Shown: positions 8,775 through 17,050, counted from the stretch's first letter. The stretch: DNA of 31,124 bases from Candidatus Asbonarchaeum danakilense (GCA_034190465.1 JAXINV010000059.1:2993-34116); one strand, 5' to 3'. The notes: generated by a model not told the origin, from the sequence alone. Program-made: numbers and translations.

Positions 8775-9566
8775 TCACAGCATGTCGAAGGCGTTTTCTG
8801 CAGTGTTTCCGTCGTGGACGATGGAGCCGAGTGCGTCGAGGAAGGTGTCGGCGTCCTCCCGCTGCCAGACGTTCCGTCCGACGGCCAGCCCGCTCCATCC
8901 GGCGTCGACGACGGCCTCGACGGTCTCGAGGAAGCCCTGGTCGTCCGTCTTGGCGCCGCCGGAGAGGACGACGTTGGTCTTCCCTGCGACCGCGGCTGCC
9001 TGGGCTGCTGCGTCGCTGGAGCCAGGGTACTTGACCTTGACCATGTCGGCGCCCAGTTCCAGGCCGAGCCGTGCTGCGTAGGAGATGACATCGGGGTCCT
9101 GGTCGTCCGCGACGGCCTCGCCACGGGGGTACGACCACATGACGGCGGGCATGTCGAAGTAGCGGGCCTGTTCCTGGGCCATCCCGAACTCGCGCAGCAT
9201 CTCGTCCTCGCGGCGGGACCCGGCGTAGACTGTGTAGCCGACCGCGTCTGCGCCGAGCTCTGCCGCGCGTTCCACGGAGCAGTTCTGCGCTGAGTATGGC
9301 GGGTTGTCGTGCAGGTTTGTGGTGCCGTTGAGCTTGAGCAGGAGGTTGATCTGGCTGCTGTAGTCCGGGTAGTATCGCTCTGCCAGGCCTTTCTGCACGG
9401 CGAGCGCTGTCACACTGTCGTGTGTCGCTGTCTCGAAGATGTTTGCTGGGTCGGGTCCCCGCGGGTTGTTGAGAACATCGTCCGGCCCGTGTTCCAGGCC
9501 GTGGTCGTAGGCGAGGACCAGTGCGCTGCCGTCCCGTGCCAGTCCTGTGGCCTCGAGTCGGTCCAT
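8775..9566 (-). CDS. fba: Class I (DhnA/archaeal-type) fructose-bisphosphate aldolase
   Basis: LAYDHGLEHGP, LGADAVGYT, WSYPRG, Schiff-base VKVKYPG, SGG.K and GLAVGRNVWQ motifs. Confidence 0.92.
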   Translation of the reverse strand: MDRLEATGLARDGSALVLAYDHGLEHGPDDVLNNPRGPDPANIFETATHDSVTALAVQKGLAERYYPDYSSQINLLLKLNGTTNLHDNPPYSAQNCSVERAAELGADAVGYTVYAGSRREDEMLREFGMAQEQARYFDMPAVMWSYPRGEAVADDQDPDVISYAARLGLELGADMVKVKYPGSSDAAAQAAAVAGKTNVVLSGGAKTDDQGFLETVEAVVDAGWSGLAVGRNVWQREDADTFLDALGSIVHDGNTAENAFDML

Positions 9567-9607
9567 GTGGCAAAGGTAGGCGCGTCTGGTTTAAATCAGT
9601 TCGGCCG

Positions 9608-10120
9608 CTACGGTTCGTCCTGGTCCCTGTACCGGCCGTCGTAGCTTGCGGTGCCTTCTGTGCGCTGGAGGATGATCTGGCAGATTCTGGTCCCGGGCTT
9701 GAGTTCGAGCGGGACGGGAGAGACGTTCCCGATCTCGAGGACGGTCCTGTTTGACGTCCCTGGCTGGATGAAGCCTGCGGTGATGTGGACGAGAAGGCCG
9801 AGGCGTGCGAACCGGCTCCTGCCCTCGATCCAGCCGCAGAGGTCGTCAGGGAGGCTGATCTTCTCCTGTGTGATGCCGTGCATGGTCTGCCCTGGCTTGA
9901 GCAGGATGGAGTCCTCGACCTCGATGACCCGGGTCAGGTTGTCGGGATCGACGTCCTCGTCGACGGGGTAGACGTCCTGGACCTCGTTGTAGACTCTGAA
10001 CTTGTTGTCGAGGGTCAGGTCGATGGAGGCCGGCCCGATCTGTTCTGCGTCGAGCGGATCGATGTCGAGGTCGCCGTTCTCCAGTTCGTCGATGATGGCG
10101 TCGCGTGCCAGGACTGACAT
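9608..10120 (-). CDS. dcd: dCTP deaminase
   Basis: QIGPASIDLTL, EGRSRFARLGL, TAGFIQPG, LEIGN and RICQI motifs; ATG at 10120. Confidence 0.92.
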   Translation of the reverse strand: MSVLARDAIIDELENGDLDIDPLDAEQIGPASIDLTLDNKFRVYNEVQDVYPVDEDVDPDNLTRVIEVEDSILLKPGQTMHGITQEKISLPDDLCGWIEGRSRFARLGLLVHITAGFIQPGTSNRTVLEIGNVSPVPLELKPGTRICQIILQRTEGTASYDGRYRDQDEP

Positions 10121-10172
10121 ACGCGGCTGTTGGCCGCAAACCTTTATCACCTTTAAGTGCGCTGCCGGGTCC

Positions 10173-11135
10173 GTGCGAACGACGGAACTGTCCGAACTGG
10201 AGAAGACGGTCGACGGCGATGGCGCTGTTGAGGTGGGGTTCCGCCCGTCCGGGGAGCTGCACATCGGCAACCTGGTTTCGATCGCCTCGGCGGCGCTAAT
10301 CGCTGCACGGAACGATATGAAGCTGCAGGTGACGTGCTGCGACACGGACTGGGCTGCCCATACACACGAGCTGGTCCGTGAGGACAACAAGCAGATCATG
10401 AAGCACTACTTCGAGCGGGAGGACCCGGATGGCTGCCACGAGGATCTGGCGAAGCACCGGTTCGAGCTCGCGAGGCCGTACATCGAGGCGATCATCGAGG
10501 AGGCGGCGGTCGATGCGGAGATCGAGTTCATGTCGGAGCTGCAGAAGGACCCGGCGTTCCGCGAGTCGCTGAAGCGGCTGCATGAACGGATGCCGGAGTT
10601 CGACGCTGTCTGGGACGGCGGGTTCAGGCGGCGGTGGAAGAGCCCGGTGGCGCCGGTCTGTGACTGCGGGTTCTCGCCGGCGAAGGGTGCGGCCTATGCT
10701 CCGGACAGTGAGTCGATGGTGTTCCCGTGCTGGGCGGAGGACTGCGACCGCGGCTACCACGAGGCGGATCTGGACGGTGACAATATGCTGGGGATCTACT
10801 ACCTGGTCGACCCGATAAGGGACACGTCGAGCCGGGACACGGAGGTCCACGTGTTCGGTGGCGACTACAGGAAGGCGGAGAAGGGGCAGAAGACGTCGAA
10901 GATCTACAAGGTGTCGGAGATCACGATGATTGCGAACCGTGAGACGCCGGACTACTTCCTGGCGCCGCTGATCGTGTCGACGGAGGGCAAGCCGCTGAGC
11001 AAGTCAAAGGGGACGGGCGTCTTCCTGTCGGAGCTGGATGAGCCGGAAGCGTTCGTTAGCCCGTTCATGGAGGAGGTCGCGGCCGTCCTCCGCCACGGGG
11101 AGAACGCGGTCGTGGTCTCGGACCTGGTCCCGTAG
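10173..11135 (+). CDS. Class I lysyl-tRNA synthetase-like protein, catalytic domain only (no anticodon-binding domain)
   Basis: PSGELHIGN (HIGH), DPDGCHE (LysRS1 DPxGCH), Zn knuckles PVCDCG and CWAEDC, FGGDY, and GKPLSKSKG (KMSKS). Ends ~40 aa after KMSKS; 320 aa from GTG 10173. Confidence 0.75.
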   Translation: MRTTELSELEKTVDGDGAVEVGFRPSGELHIGNLVSIASAALIAARNDMKLQVTCCDTDWAAHTHELVREDNKQIMKHYFEREDPDGCHEDLAKHRFELARPYIEAIIEEAAVDAEIEFMSELQKDPAFRESLKRLHERMPEFDAVWDGGFRRRWKSPVAPVCDCGFSPAKGAAYAPDSESMVFPCWAEDCDRGYHEADLDGDNMLGIYYLVDPIRDTSSRDTEVHVFGGDYRKAEKGQKTSKIYKVSEITMIANRETPDYFLAPLIVSTEGKPLSKSKGTGVFLSELDEPEAFVSPFMEEVAAVLRHGENAVVVSDLVP

Positions 11136-11216
11136 ATATTTAACCCGCGTTAACCAATCGTGTGGTGGTCTGTTTCTGCCCGCTGCTTGATCGTTACCCC
11201 CCCTGTGGTGAGACCG

Positions 11217-11888
11217 ATGGGCAAGAATGTCGTGATTTCGCTGGGCGGTTCTGTGTTCACGGAGGTCCTCGACGATCTCGAAAACAAGCTGAACGAGCTG
11301 CGCGAGTTTAAGGACAAGGTGGACAAGCTGATCATCGTGGTCGGTGCTGGCTCGCTGAAGTCCCATATCTCGGCCTCATCGGAGAAGGCGTCCCAGGCGG
11401 AGCTTGATCTGGTCGGCATCCAGGCGACGCGGCTGAACGCGTCGGTGCTGAAGACGTATTTCGACGACGCTCACCCGACGATCCCGACGACGCTTGATTC
11501 TGTGGTGGAGGCGGTGGAGTACTCTGACTTCATCGTGATGGGTGGGACGGAGCCCGGCCACTCGACGGACGCGGTCGCGGCGCTGGCTGCGGAGCTGATC
11601 GAGGCGGATATGATGGTTAACGTGACGGATGTGGACGGTATCTACGACAGCGACCCGGACGAGGGTGAGGCGGAGAAGCTTGACAGGATCACCTATTCGC
11701 GGCTGCTGGACATGGTCGCGCAGAAGGAGGTCGCGGCCGGCAGCTACGCGTTGATGGATCTGACGGCGTGCAAGATCTTGGACCGGTCGACGATCCGCAC
11801 GGTGATTATCAACGGGCTGAAGGACGGCGAGCTGCTCCGGACGCTGGACCGCAGCCACTCCGGTACCGAGGTCGTGAAGGACCTGTAG
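11217..11888 (+). CDS. pyrH: UMP kinase (archaeal type)
   Basis: VISLGGS, VVGAG, D..GIQATRLNA, GGTEPGHSTDAVAA and TDVDGIYDSDP motifs. Confidence 0.93.
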   Translation: MGKNVVISLGGSVFTEVLDDLENKLNELREFKDKVDKLIIVVGAGSLKSHISASSEKASQAELDLVGIQATRLNASVLKTYFDDAHPTIPTTLDSVVEAVEYSDFIVMGGTEPGHSTDAVAALAAELIEADMMVNVTDVDGIYDSDPDEGEAEKLDRITYSRLLDMVAQKEVAAGSYALMDLTACKILDRSTIRTVIINGLKDGELLRTLDRSHSGTEVVKDL

Positions 11889-11958
11889 CCGTTTCCACGC
11901 CGCGGGCCCGGTGGAACGATGCTGGCCGTTTAAGCTGCTTGCTGCCGCGTTGCCGTGC

Positions 11959-12387
11959 ATGTATGGTTTCACCCATGCGGTGTTCGGTCTGGCGCTGTGC
12001 CGGGTGCTCCGTGTGCCAGTCGTGACGGGGGTAGTGGCGGCGGGGATGCCGGATGTGGATACGCTGTTCTCGTTCGGCTACCCGTTCGGGCACCGGGGGG
12101 CGCTGCATACGCCGATCGCTGCGGTTTTCGTCGGTCTGCTGGTGTTCGCGTGGACTGGCAGACGGTCGTCCGGCGCTGCGGCGTTCGCTGGCTGGATGTC
12201 GCACCTGTTCCTGGACACGTTGACGCCGTCAGGCATCCTGTGGCTTTTCCCGGTCCGAGCACGGTTCTCGCTGGATGTGGCGCTGGCGGCGTCGCTTGAG
12301 GCGAACCTGGCGATCATGGCGGTGTCGTTCGCCGTGTTCAAGCTCTGGGTGGAGCGGATGAGGTGGCTGCAGTGGATCCCGAGGTGA
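11959..12387 (+). CDS. Membrane-bound metal-dependent hydrolase (YdjM/DUF457 family)
   Basis: TH..., PDVD, HRGALHT, SHLFLDTLT and G..WLFP motifs, with hydrophobic helices. Confidence 0.85.
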   Translation: MYGFTHAVFGLALCRVLRVPVVTGVVAAGMPDVDTLFSFGYPFGHRGALHTPIAAVFVGLLVFAWTGRRSSGAAAFAGWMSHLFLDTLTPSGILWLFPVRARFSLDVALAASLEANLAIMAVSFAVFKLWVERMRWLQWIPR

Positions 12388-12755
12388 GGCGTCTGGCGGC
12401 GCTCGTCGTGCTGTGCGGCTGTGTGGTCGCTGCCGCTGCGGTTGTAGGTGACGTGGAGGTGCGGTACGATCGGTACACGGTCCCGCAGGTGCTGGAGAAG
12501 CGTCCTGTTGGCCGGACTGTGGTGGTGACGGGGACGGTGTCCCGGGTGAAGGGCGTCAGTAACAGGTCGGGCTACAGGTATCTGGAGTTCGTGCTGGGGG
12601 AAGGCGACCGGCGGCTGCCGGTCTACTGTTCGCTGTTCAACGCGCCGGTGGAGGTGGCGCCGGGCGACCGGGTGTGGGTGGAGGGGACGTTGAAGGAGTA
12701 CAGGAAGATCCTGGAGGTGTCGACCCAGTGTTTCCGGGTCCAGCGAAAAGGTTAA
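12384..12755 (+). CDS. Membrane-anchored OB-fold nucleic-acid-binding-like protein
   Basis: GTG overlaps the upstream TGA. N-terminal TM/signal, then an OB-fold pattern (V.VTGTV, L.EGD..LPVY, PGDRVWVEGTL.EY...LEV). Confidence 0.65.
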   Translation: MRRLAALVVLCGCVVAAAAVVGDVEVRYDRYTVPQVLEKRPVGRTVVVTGTVSRVKGVSNRSGYRYLEFVLGEGDRRLPVYCSLFNAPVEVAPGDRVWVEGTLKEYRKILEVSTQCFRVQRKG

Positions 12756-12810
12756 AAAGTTGGACGGTGGTTTGCGGGAATACCTTCTACGGCGACGGGC
12801 TGTGGTGACG

Positions 12811-13131
12811 ATGAAGGAAGCGCAACTGGCGATGCGGGCTCTTGAGGAGCTCAACAGGAGGGAGTGCAACGGCCATGTCAGGTTCAGGGTCGGCCGTGCC
12901 CGGGTACGCCCTGAGAAGTTCCGCAACGCGTTCAAAAGGTTCTCCCGCGGGACGTACTTCGAGGACACGCGGATCGAGATCGAGACGGTGCAGCCGGTGG
13001 CGGGCTGTGACTGCGGCTACAACCGCCGCCTGAGCCGGCGATCGTACCTGCCGGAGGCGGAGTGTCCCCGCTGCGGCGACCAGCTGACGCTGCAGCAGGG
13101 CGAGGAGTTCGAGATCGTGGAGCCGCAGTGA
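12811..13131 (+). CDS. HypA/HybF-like zinc-finger protein (divergent)
   Basis: MKE start (MHE in HypA), RVG...V.PE.FR.AF...SRGT, CDCG and CPRCG, C-terminal GEEFEI. Confidence 0.7.
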   Translation: MKEAQLAMRALEELNRRECNGHVRFRVGRARVRPEKFRNAFKRFSRGTYFEDTRIEIETVQPVAGCDCGYNRRLSRRSYLPEAECPRCGDQLTLQQGEEFEIVEPQ

Positions 13132-13178
13132 CCTCTTGCTGCCAAAGGCTTAATTACTGCGGATACTAAGCTGTCACC

Positions 13179-13511
13179 ATGACGGACGAGGAAGATATGC
13201 ACGAGGTGGCGGACGAGGTCAATGATATGGCGGAGACGCTACGACCTGATCCGGGGCCTGGACGGCTTGAAAGGTATCTTATCCGTCCTTTTAAGGCTCT
13301 GGTGATTGCTTCACCTGTTGCTGCCGCGGTAGCAGCGGTTGTGGCGACTGCAACGAGGACTTACGATGTCCCGTACCTGGCGCAAGGGGGGGTGGCGTAT
13401 GCTGGTGTTGTCGTCGCTGGTTCTGCTCTGAGCTATATTTTCTACCGCCTGCTCCGTGATGAGGACGATGATTCGTATATTGCGGGGCCAGGTTCCCGGC
13501 TTCCGATCTGA
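13179..13511 (+). CDS. Hypothetical membrane protein (2 TM)
   Basis: Acidic N-terminus, two hydrophobic helices, CTTAATTA upstream. Confidence 0.6.
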   Translation: MTDEEDMHEVADEVNDMAETLRPDPGPGRLERYLIRPFKALVIASPVAAAVAAVVATATRTYDVPYLAQGGVAYAGVVVAGSALSYIFYRLLRDEDDDSYIAGPGSRLPI

Positions 13512-13524
13512 GGAGGTCTTATGG

Positions 13525-14109
13525 ATGCTGCGAGCAAAGCTTGACGCGTTACGGGAGACCCTGCAGCGGGAGGAGGTGAAGTCGATCTCCCGCCGGTACT
13601 TCATCTCGAACGGGTTCGACGGCACATTGACGAGCATCGGGATAACGGTCGGATCGTTCCTCTCAGGTGTCGAGGCCGGTATGACGGTCGTGACTGTCGG
13701 TATCGGTGCAGCGATCGGTCTGTCGACCTCAGGGGTCTGGAGCGTCTGGGAGATCGAGAAGGCGGAGAAGCTGTCCGATTTGAAGAAGAAAGAGGACGCT
13801 ATGTTCCGCGATCTGAAGGATTCGGAGCTGATGGAGCGGATGAAGGAGGCGCGGGTCGTCAACGCGTTGATGAGCGGGCTCGGCCCGTTGATCGGTATCC
13901 TCGGCCCGGTCTCGCCGTTCGTGTTCGCCGGTGTGTTCTACTCGATGCTGGTGGCGACGGTGCTGTCGGTGCTGATCGGTGTCCTGATCCTGTTCATCTT
14001 CGGCGCGTACATGGGCAAGGTCTCCCGCCGTACCTGGTACGTGGCAGGGGCCCGGATGGGGCTGGCAGGGCTGTTCGTCGCCGCGATCAACATCATGCTG
14101 CCGGGCTGA
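13525..14109 (+). CDS. VIT1/CCC1 family metal transporter
   Basis: SD AGGAGG; RRYFISNGFDG, SG......EKAE, and GAYMGKVS...G.RM motifs typical of archaeal VIT-like proteins. Confidence 0.8.
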   Translation: MLRAKLDALRETLQREEVKSISRRYFISNGFDGTLTSIGITVGSFLSGVEAGMTVVTVGIGAAIGLSTSGVWSVWEIEKAEKLSDLKKKEDAMFRDLKDSELMERMKEARVVNALMSGLGPLIGILGPVSPFVFAGVFYSMLVATVLSVLIGVLILFIFGAYMGKVSRRTWYVAGARMGLAGLFVAAINIMLPG

Positions 14110-14150
14110 CTGCCGTGTGAATTTTAAGCGACCGTTCCTCATCTGGGGGC

Positions 14151-14684
14151 ATGCCTGGCACAGTCTTCCTGGACGGCGAGACGGTGACGCTGCGGACGAT
14201 TGAGGAGGAAGACCTTGAGTTCCTCCGTGACGGTGTCAACCATCCGGATGTGCGGGTCGATGTCGGCAACCACCGGCCGCAGAACCTGGCTGATGAACGC
14301 GAGTTCTTCGAGGAGGCGGTCTGCGGCGACGGCCCGGTCCAGCTCCTGATCTGCCGCGATGAGGAACCGCTCGGCGTCGTCGGGTTGGAGCCGCGGGAGA
14401 GCGACGCGGAACGGATCGGACGGCTGGGTATCTGGCTCCACCCGGAATTCCACGGCCAGGGCTACGGTACGGAGGCGATGGAGCTGTTCGTGACGTACGC
14501 GTTCGACCAGCTGAACTACCACAAGCTGTACGCCCGCACACATGCGGACAATGAGGCGTCACGGCGGCTGTTCGAGAAGCTCGGCTTCGAGCAGGAGGGT
14601 GTGTTCAGGGACCACGCGTACCTGGATGGCTCGTACACGGACCTGATCTACCACGCGATGTTTGAGGAAGAGTGGGGGCACTGA
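14151..14684 (+). CDS. GNAT N-acetyltransferase, RimJ/RimL family
   Basis: PEFHGQGYGTEA acetyl-CoA motif, NEASRRLFEKLGF.QEG. Confidence 0.88.
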   Translation: MPGTVFLDGETVTLRTIEEEDLEFLRDGVNHPDVRVDVGNHRPQNLADEREFFEEAVCGDGPVQLLICRDEEPLGVVGLEPRESDAERIGRLGIWLHPEFHGQGYGTEAMELFVTYAFDQLNYHKLYARTHADNEASRRLFEKLGFEQEGVFRDHAYLDGSYTDLIYHAMFEEEWGH

Positions 14685-14779
14685 CTACGGTGACTGGAGC
14701 TACCGCAGCTAGGTCTATCTTCGAGGCCGGTAAGGACGTCTGATTGAGGTGAGCTCATGGTGGCGGAAACCAGCGTTCG

Positions 14780-15076
14780 AGGGACAGGTCTCGAACGCGA
14801 GAATCACGGATTTTTCTATCGGTTCGATCCTGCCATGAGCAGCGAAAGGACGAGATGCAGGGGGGCAGGACTCGAACGTCGCAAACGTGCGTTTGCTCCG
14901 GATTCGAGTCCCTGGCGAGCTGGCAGAAGGAAGTGCGGGGGGCAGGTACGAAAACCTCTGTGAGGTTTTCTAGAGCGGAAATTCTCTCCGAGAATTTCAA
15001 GACTCGAACCTGAAGAAGCAAGGATTTTTCTACTGGTTCAATCCTGCTGTAAGCAACGAAAACTGGCAAAAGGAAG
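14780..15076 (-). repeat. Three degenerate tandem copies of the tRNA-Leu 3' end (T-arm plus acceptor strand), each paired with an inverted copy
   Basis: Plus-strand TGCGGGGGGCAGG..ACTCGAAC-like units at ~14934, ~14856 and ~14780, each followed by GTTCRATCCTGC or TTCGAGTCC. The flank CTGGCARAAGGAAG is also duplicated (14920 vs 15063). Confidence 0.8.
14947..15001. repeat. 55-bp double-palindrome insertion within a tRNA 3'-end copy
   Basis: GAAAACCTC-tgt-GAGGTTTTC and GAAATTCTC-tcc-GAGAATTTC split the copy between GCAGG and ACTCGAACCTG. Confidence 0.65.
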
Positions 15077-15221
15077 TGCGGGGGGCAGGACTCGAACCTG
15101 CGAACCTCTGAGGGACAGGGTATCTCAATTTGAAAATCCTGACGGATTTTCTGCTCCCCCCACCTCTGACGAGGAGCCGGGTTCCTAAGCCCTGCGCCTT
15201 TGACCGCTTGGCTACCCCCGC
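15077..15221 (-). tRNA. tRNA-Leu(TAG) with a 62-nt intron at 37/38 (intron 15122-15183)
   Basis: Acceptor GCGGGGG/CCCCCGC-A, D-arm GCCAAGCGGTCAAAGGC, anticodon stem CAGGG/CCCTG with loop CTTAGG|A, long variable arm, T-arm GCAGGTTCGAGTCCTGC. Relaxed BHB: CTTA/TGAG helix with GG|A and AT|A bulges. CCA not encoded. Confidence 0.92.
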
Positions 15222-15316
15222 AACTGGCTGGCGATCCAGTTGGCAGATCGCATTTCCCAGTATTCACGACTGCGGGCGGGAGATTTAAAATTGCCGAGGC
15301 ACAGTCACGGTGTGCT

Positions 15317-16324
15317 ATGCTGATGCTTCTGGCATATCTCGCTCTGGCCGCGGTCTCGACCGGCGTGGTCTGGAAGGGCAGCACGATCCTGGAGGAGACC
15401 AGCGGCGAGCTCGCGGCGTACTACGAGCTGCCGGCGATCGTCCAGGGCGCGGTCATCGCAGCGGTCGGCTCCAGCTTCCCGGAGCTGACGTCCACTGTGC
15501 TGGCGACGTTGCTTCACGGCCAGTTCGAGCTCGGTGTCGCGGCCATCACGGGGTCGGCCGTCTTCAACATCCTCGTCATCCCGGGGCTGTCGGCCCTGGC
15601 GGGGAAGAACGAGCTGCAGAGCAACCGTGACCTGGTCTACAAGGAGGCGGAGTTCTACATGGTTTCTGTCGCCGTCCTGCTCCTCACGTTCTCGTTCGCT
15701 GTCATCTACAACCCGGTCGCGGGTGACAAGCTCGTCGGCGTCCTCACCCGCCCGCTCGCCTTGATCCCGGTCGGGCTGTACCTGCTGTACCTGTTTACGC
15801 AGTACCTGGACTCGATGGACTTCGATGCGCCGTCTGTCGACAAGGGGAGCATCAGGAAGGACTGGCTGCTGTTGGCCGCGAGTCTCGTCATCATCACGGT
15901 CGGGGTCGAAGGGCTGGTGAAGTCGGCGCTCGGTCTTGAGGAGGTTCTGGGTGTCCCGAGCTTCCTCTGGGGGCTGACGGTCATCGCTGCGGGGACAAGC
16001 CTGCCGGACGCGTTCGTCAGTGTCAAGGCGTCGGAGAAGGACAATGCGGACACCAGTCTGGCGAACGTGCTGGGGAGCAATATCTTCGATCTGTTGATTG
16101 CGATCCCGATCGGCGTGCTGATTGCGGGCTCGACGACGATCAATTACACCCGTGCCGCCCCGATGATGGGCTTCCTGACGCTGGCGACTGTTGTGCTGTT
16201 CACGTTCATGCGGACGAAGATGGAGATCGATACGAAGGAGGCCTACGCGCTTCTCGGGCTGTACGGGGTCTTCGTGCTGTGGATGGTGCTTGAGACGCTC
16301 GGTATCACGTCACTCGTGCTGTAG
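15317..16324 (+). CDS. Na+/Ca2+ antiporter (CaCA, YrbG-like)
   Basis: Alpha repeats AVGSSFPEL...GSAVFN and AAGTSLPD...GSNIFD; TTTAAAA ~28 nt upstream. Confidence 0.92.
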   Translation: MLMLLAYLALAAVSTGVVWKGSTILEETSGELAAYYELPAIVQGAVIAAVGSSFPELTSTVLATLLHGQFELGVAAITGSAVFNILVIPGLSALAGKNELQSNRDLVYKEAEFYMVSVAVLLLTFSFAVIYNPVAGDKLVGVLTRPLALIPVGLYLLYLFTQYLDSMDFDAPSVDKGSIRKDWLLLAASLVIITVGVEGLVKSALGLEEVLGVPSFLWGLTVIAAGTSLPDAFVSVKASEKDNADTSLANVLGSNIFDLLIAIPIGVLIAGSTTINYTRAAPMMGFLTLATVVLFTFMRTKMEIDTKEAYALLGLYGVFVLWMVLETLGITSLVL

Positions 16325-17050
16325 CTCCTGGACGAACGATGCGAGCAGGCCGGCAAGCTCGCCGGGCCGTTCCTGCAGCATCAGGTGGGAGCAGTTCAGC
16401 ATTTCCCGGCGGCAGTCCAGCAGTGCTGCGAGTTCTTCTGTCTTTCCCGGTGTGATGGCGCCGTCGTCCCTGCCGCCGACGACGAGCGCGTGGCAGGAAA
16501 GTTCTCCGAGTCTTTCCCGGACGTCGTACGCGATCATGCCTTCCAGCCCGGACCTGAGGACGGTCTCGCCTGCCTGGGCGAGCTCGTTCCGTGCCATCCT
16601 GCCGTAGTCGCTGTCACCGGGCGCGTAATTGTCGACGATCGCGTCCGCCCATTCGTCCCGGTCCATGTCTCCGAGCCGGTCGAGGAAGTACTGCGGCGAC
16701 CTGTGCCGGGGTTCCGGGGTGGATGCCGCGGTCCCGGCGAGGAACAGGCCGCTGACAGGGTTTTCGAGCGCGTACAGCAGTGCTACCATGCCGCCCATGG
16801 AGTGGCCGGCGAGGACGGGCCGGTCGATGCCTTTCTCGTCGAGCAGCTGGTCCAGGTCGTCCGCGAGGTCTTGGAAGTCGAACGGCTGGCAGGGTGAGTC
16901 GCCGTGGCAGCGCTGGTCGTAGAACAGTCGCGGGTTGTCCAGGTCCGCTGCCTGGTCGACCTGTTCCCAGGACTTTCTGGAGCCGATCCAGCCGTGGATG
17001 TAGACGATCGGTGTGCCGCTGCCGGCGACGGTCCGGGAGGCGAGGTCCAT
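16310..17050 (-). CDS. Alpha/beta fold hydrolase
   Basis: IHGW, DQRCHG, nucleophile GHSMGG, G..D, and C-terminal SH. Confidence 0.88.
   Translation of the reverse strand: MDLASRTVAGSGTPIVYIHGWIGSRKSWEQVDQAADLDNPRLFYDQRCHGDSPCQPFDFQDLADDLDQLLDEKGIDRPVLAGHSMGGMVALLYALENPVSGLFLAGTAASTPEPRHRSPQYFLDRLGDMDRDEWADAIVDNYAPGDSDYGRMARNELAQAGETVLRSGLEGMIAYDVRERLGELSCHALVVGGRDDGAITPGKTEELAALLDCRREMLNCSHLMLQERPGELAGLLASFVQELQHE

Noticed and set aside
8771..9124. N-terminal extension of PGK (509-aa ORF)
   Set aside because: It is an out-of-frame shadow of fba. PGK homology starts at GTG 8770.
14780..15076. Additional functional tRNA genes or split-tRNA halves
   Set aside because: The copies cover only the T-arm and acceptor strand, are decayed or interrupted, and lack anticodon arms and complementary trans-splicing leaders.
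14755..15384. 209-aa minus-strand ORF and the N-terminal extension of the antiporter from 15200
   Set aside because: They overlap the tRNA and repeats and have non-acidic, implausible composition. The antiporter start at 15317 fits its TATA box.
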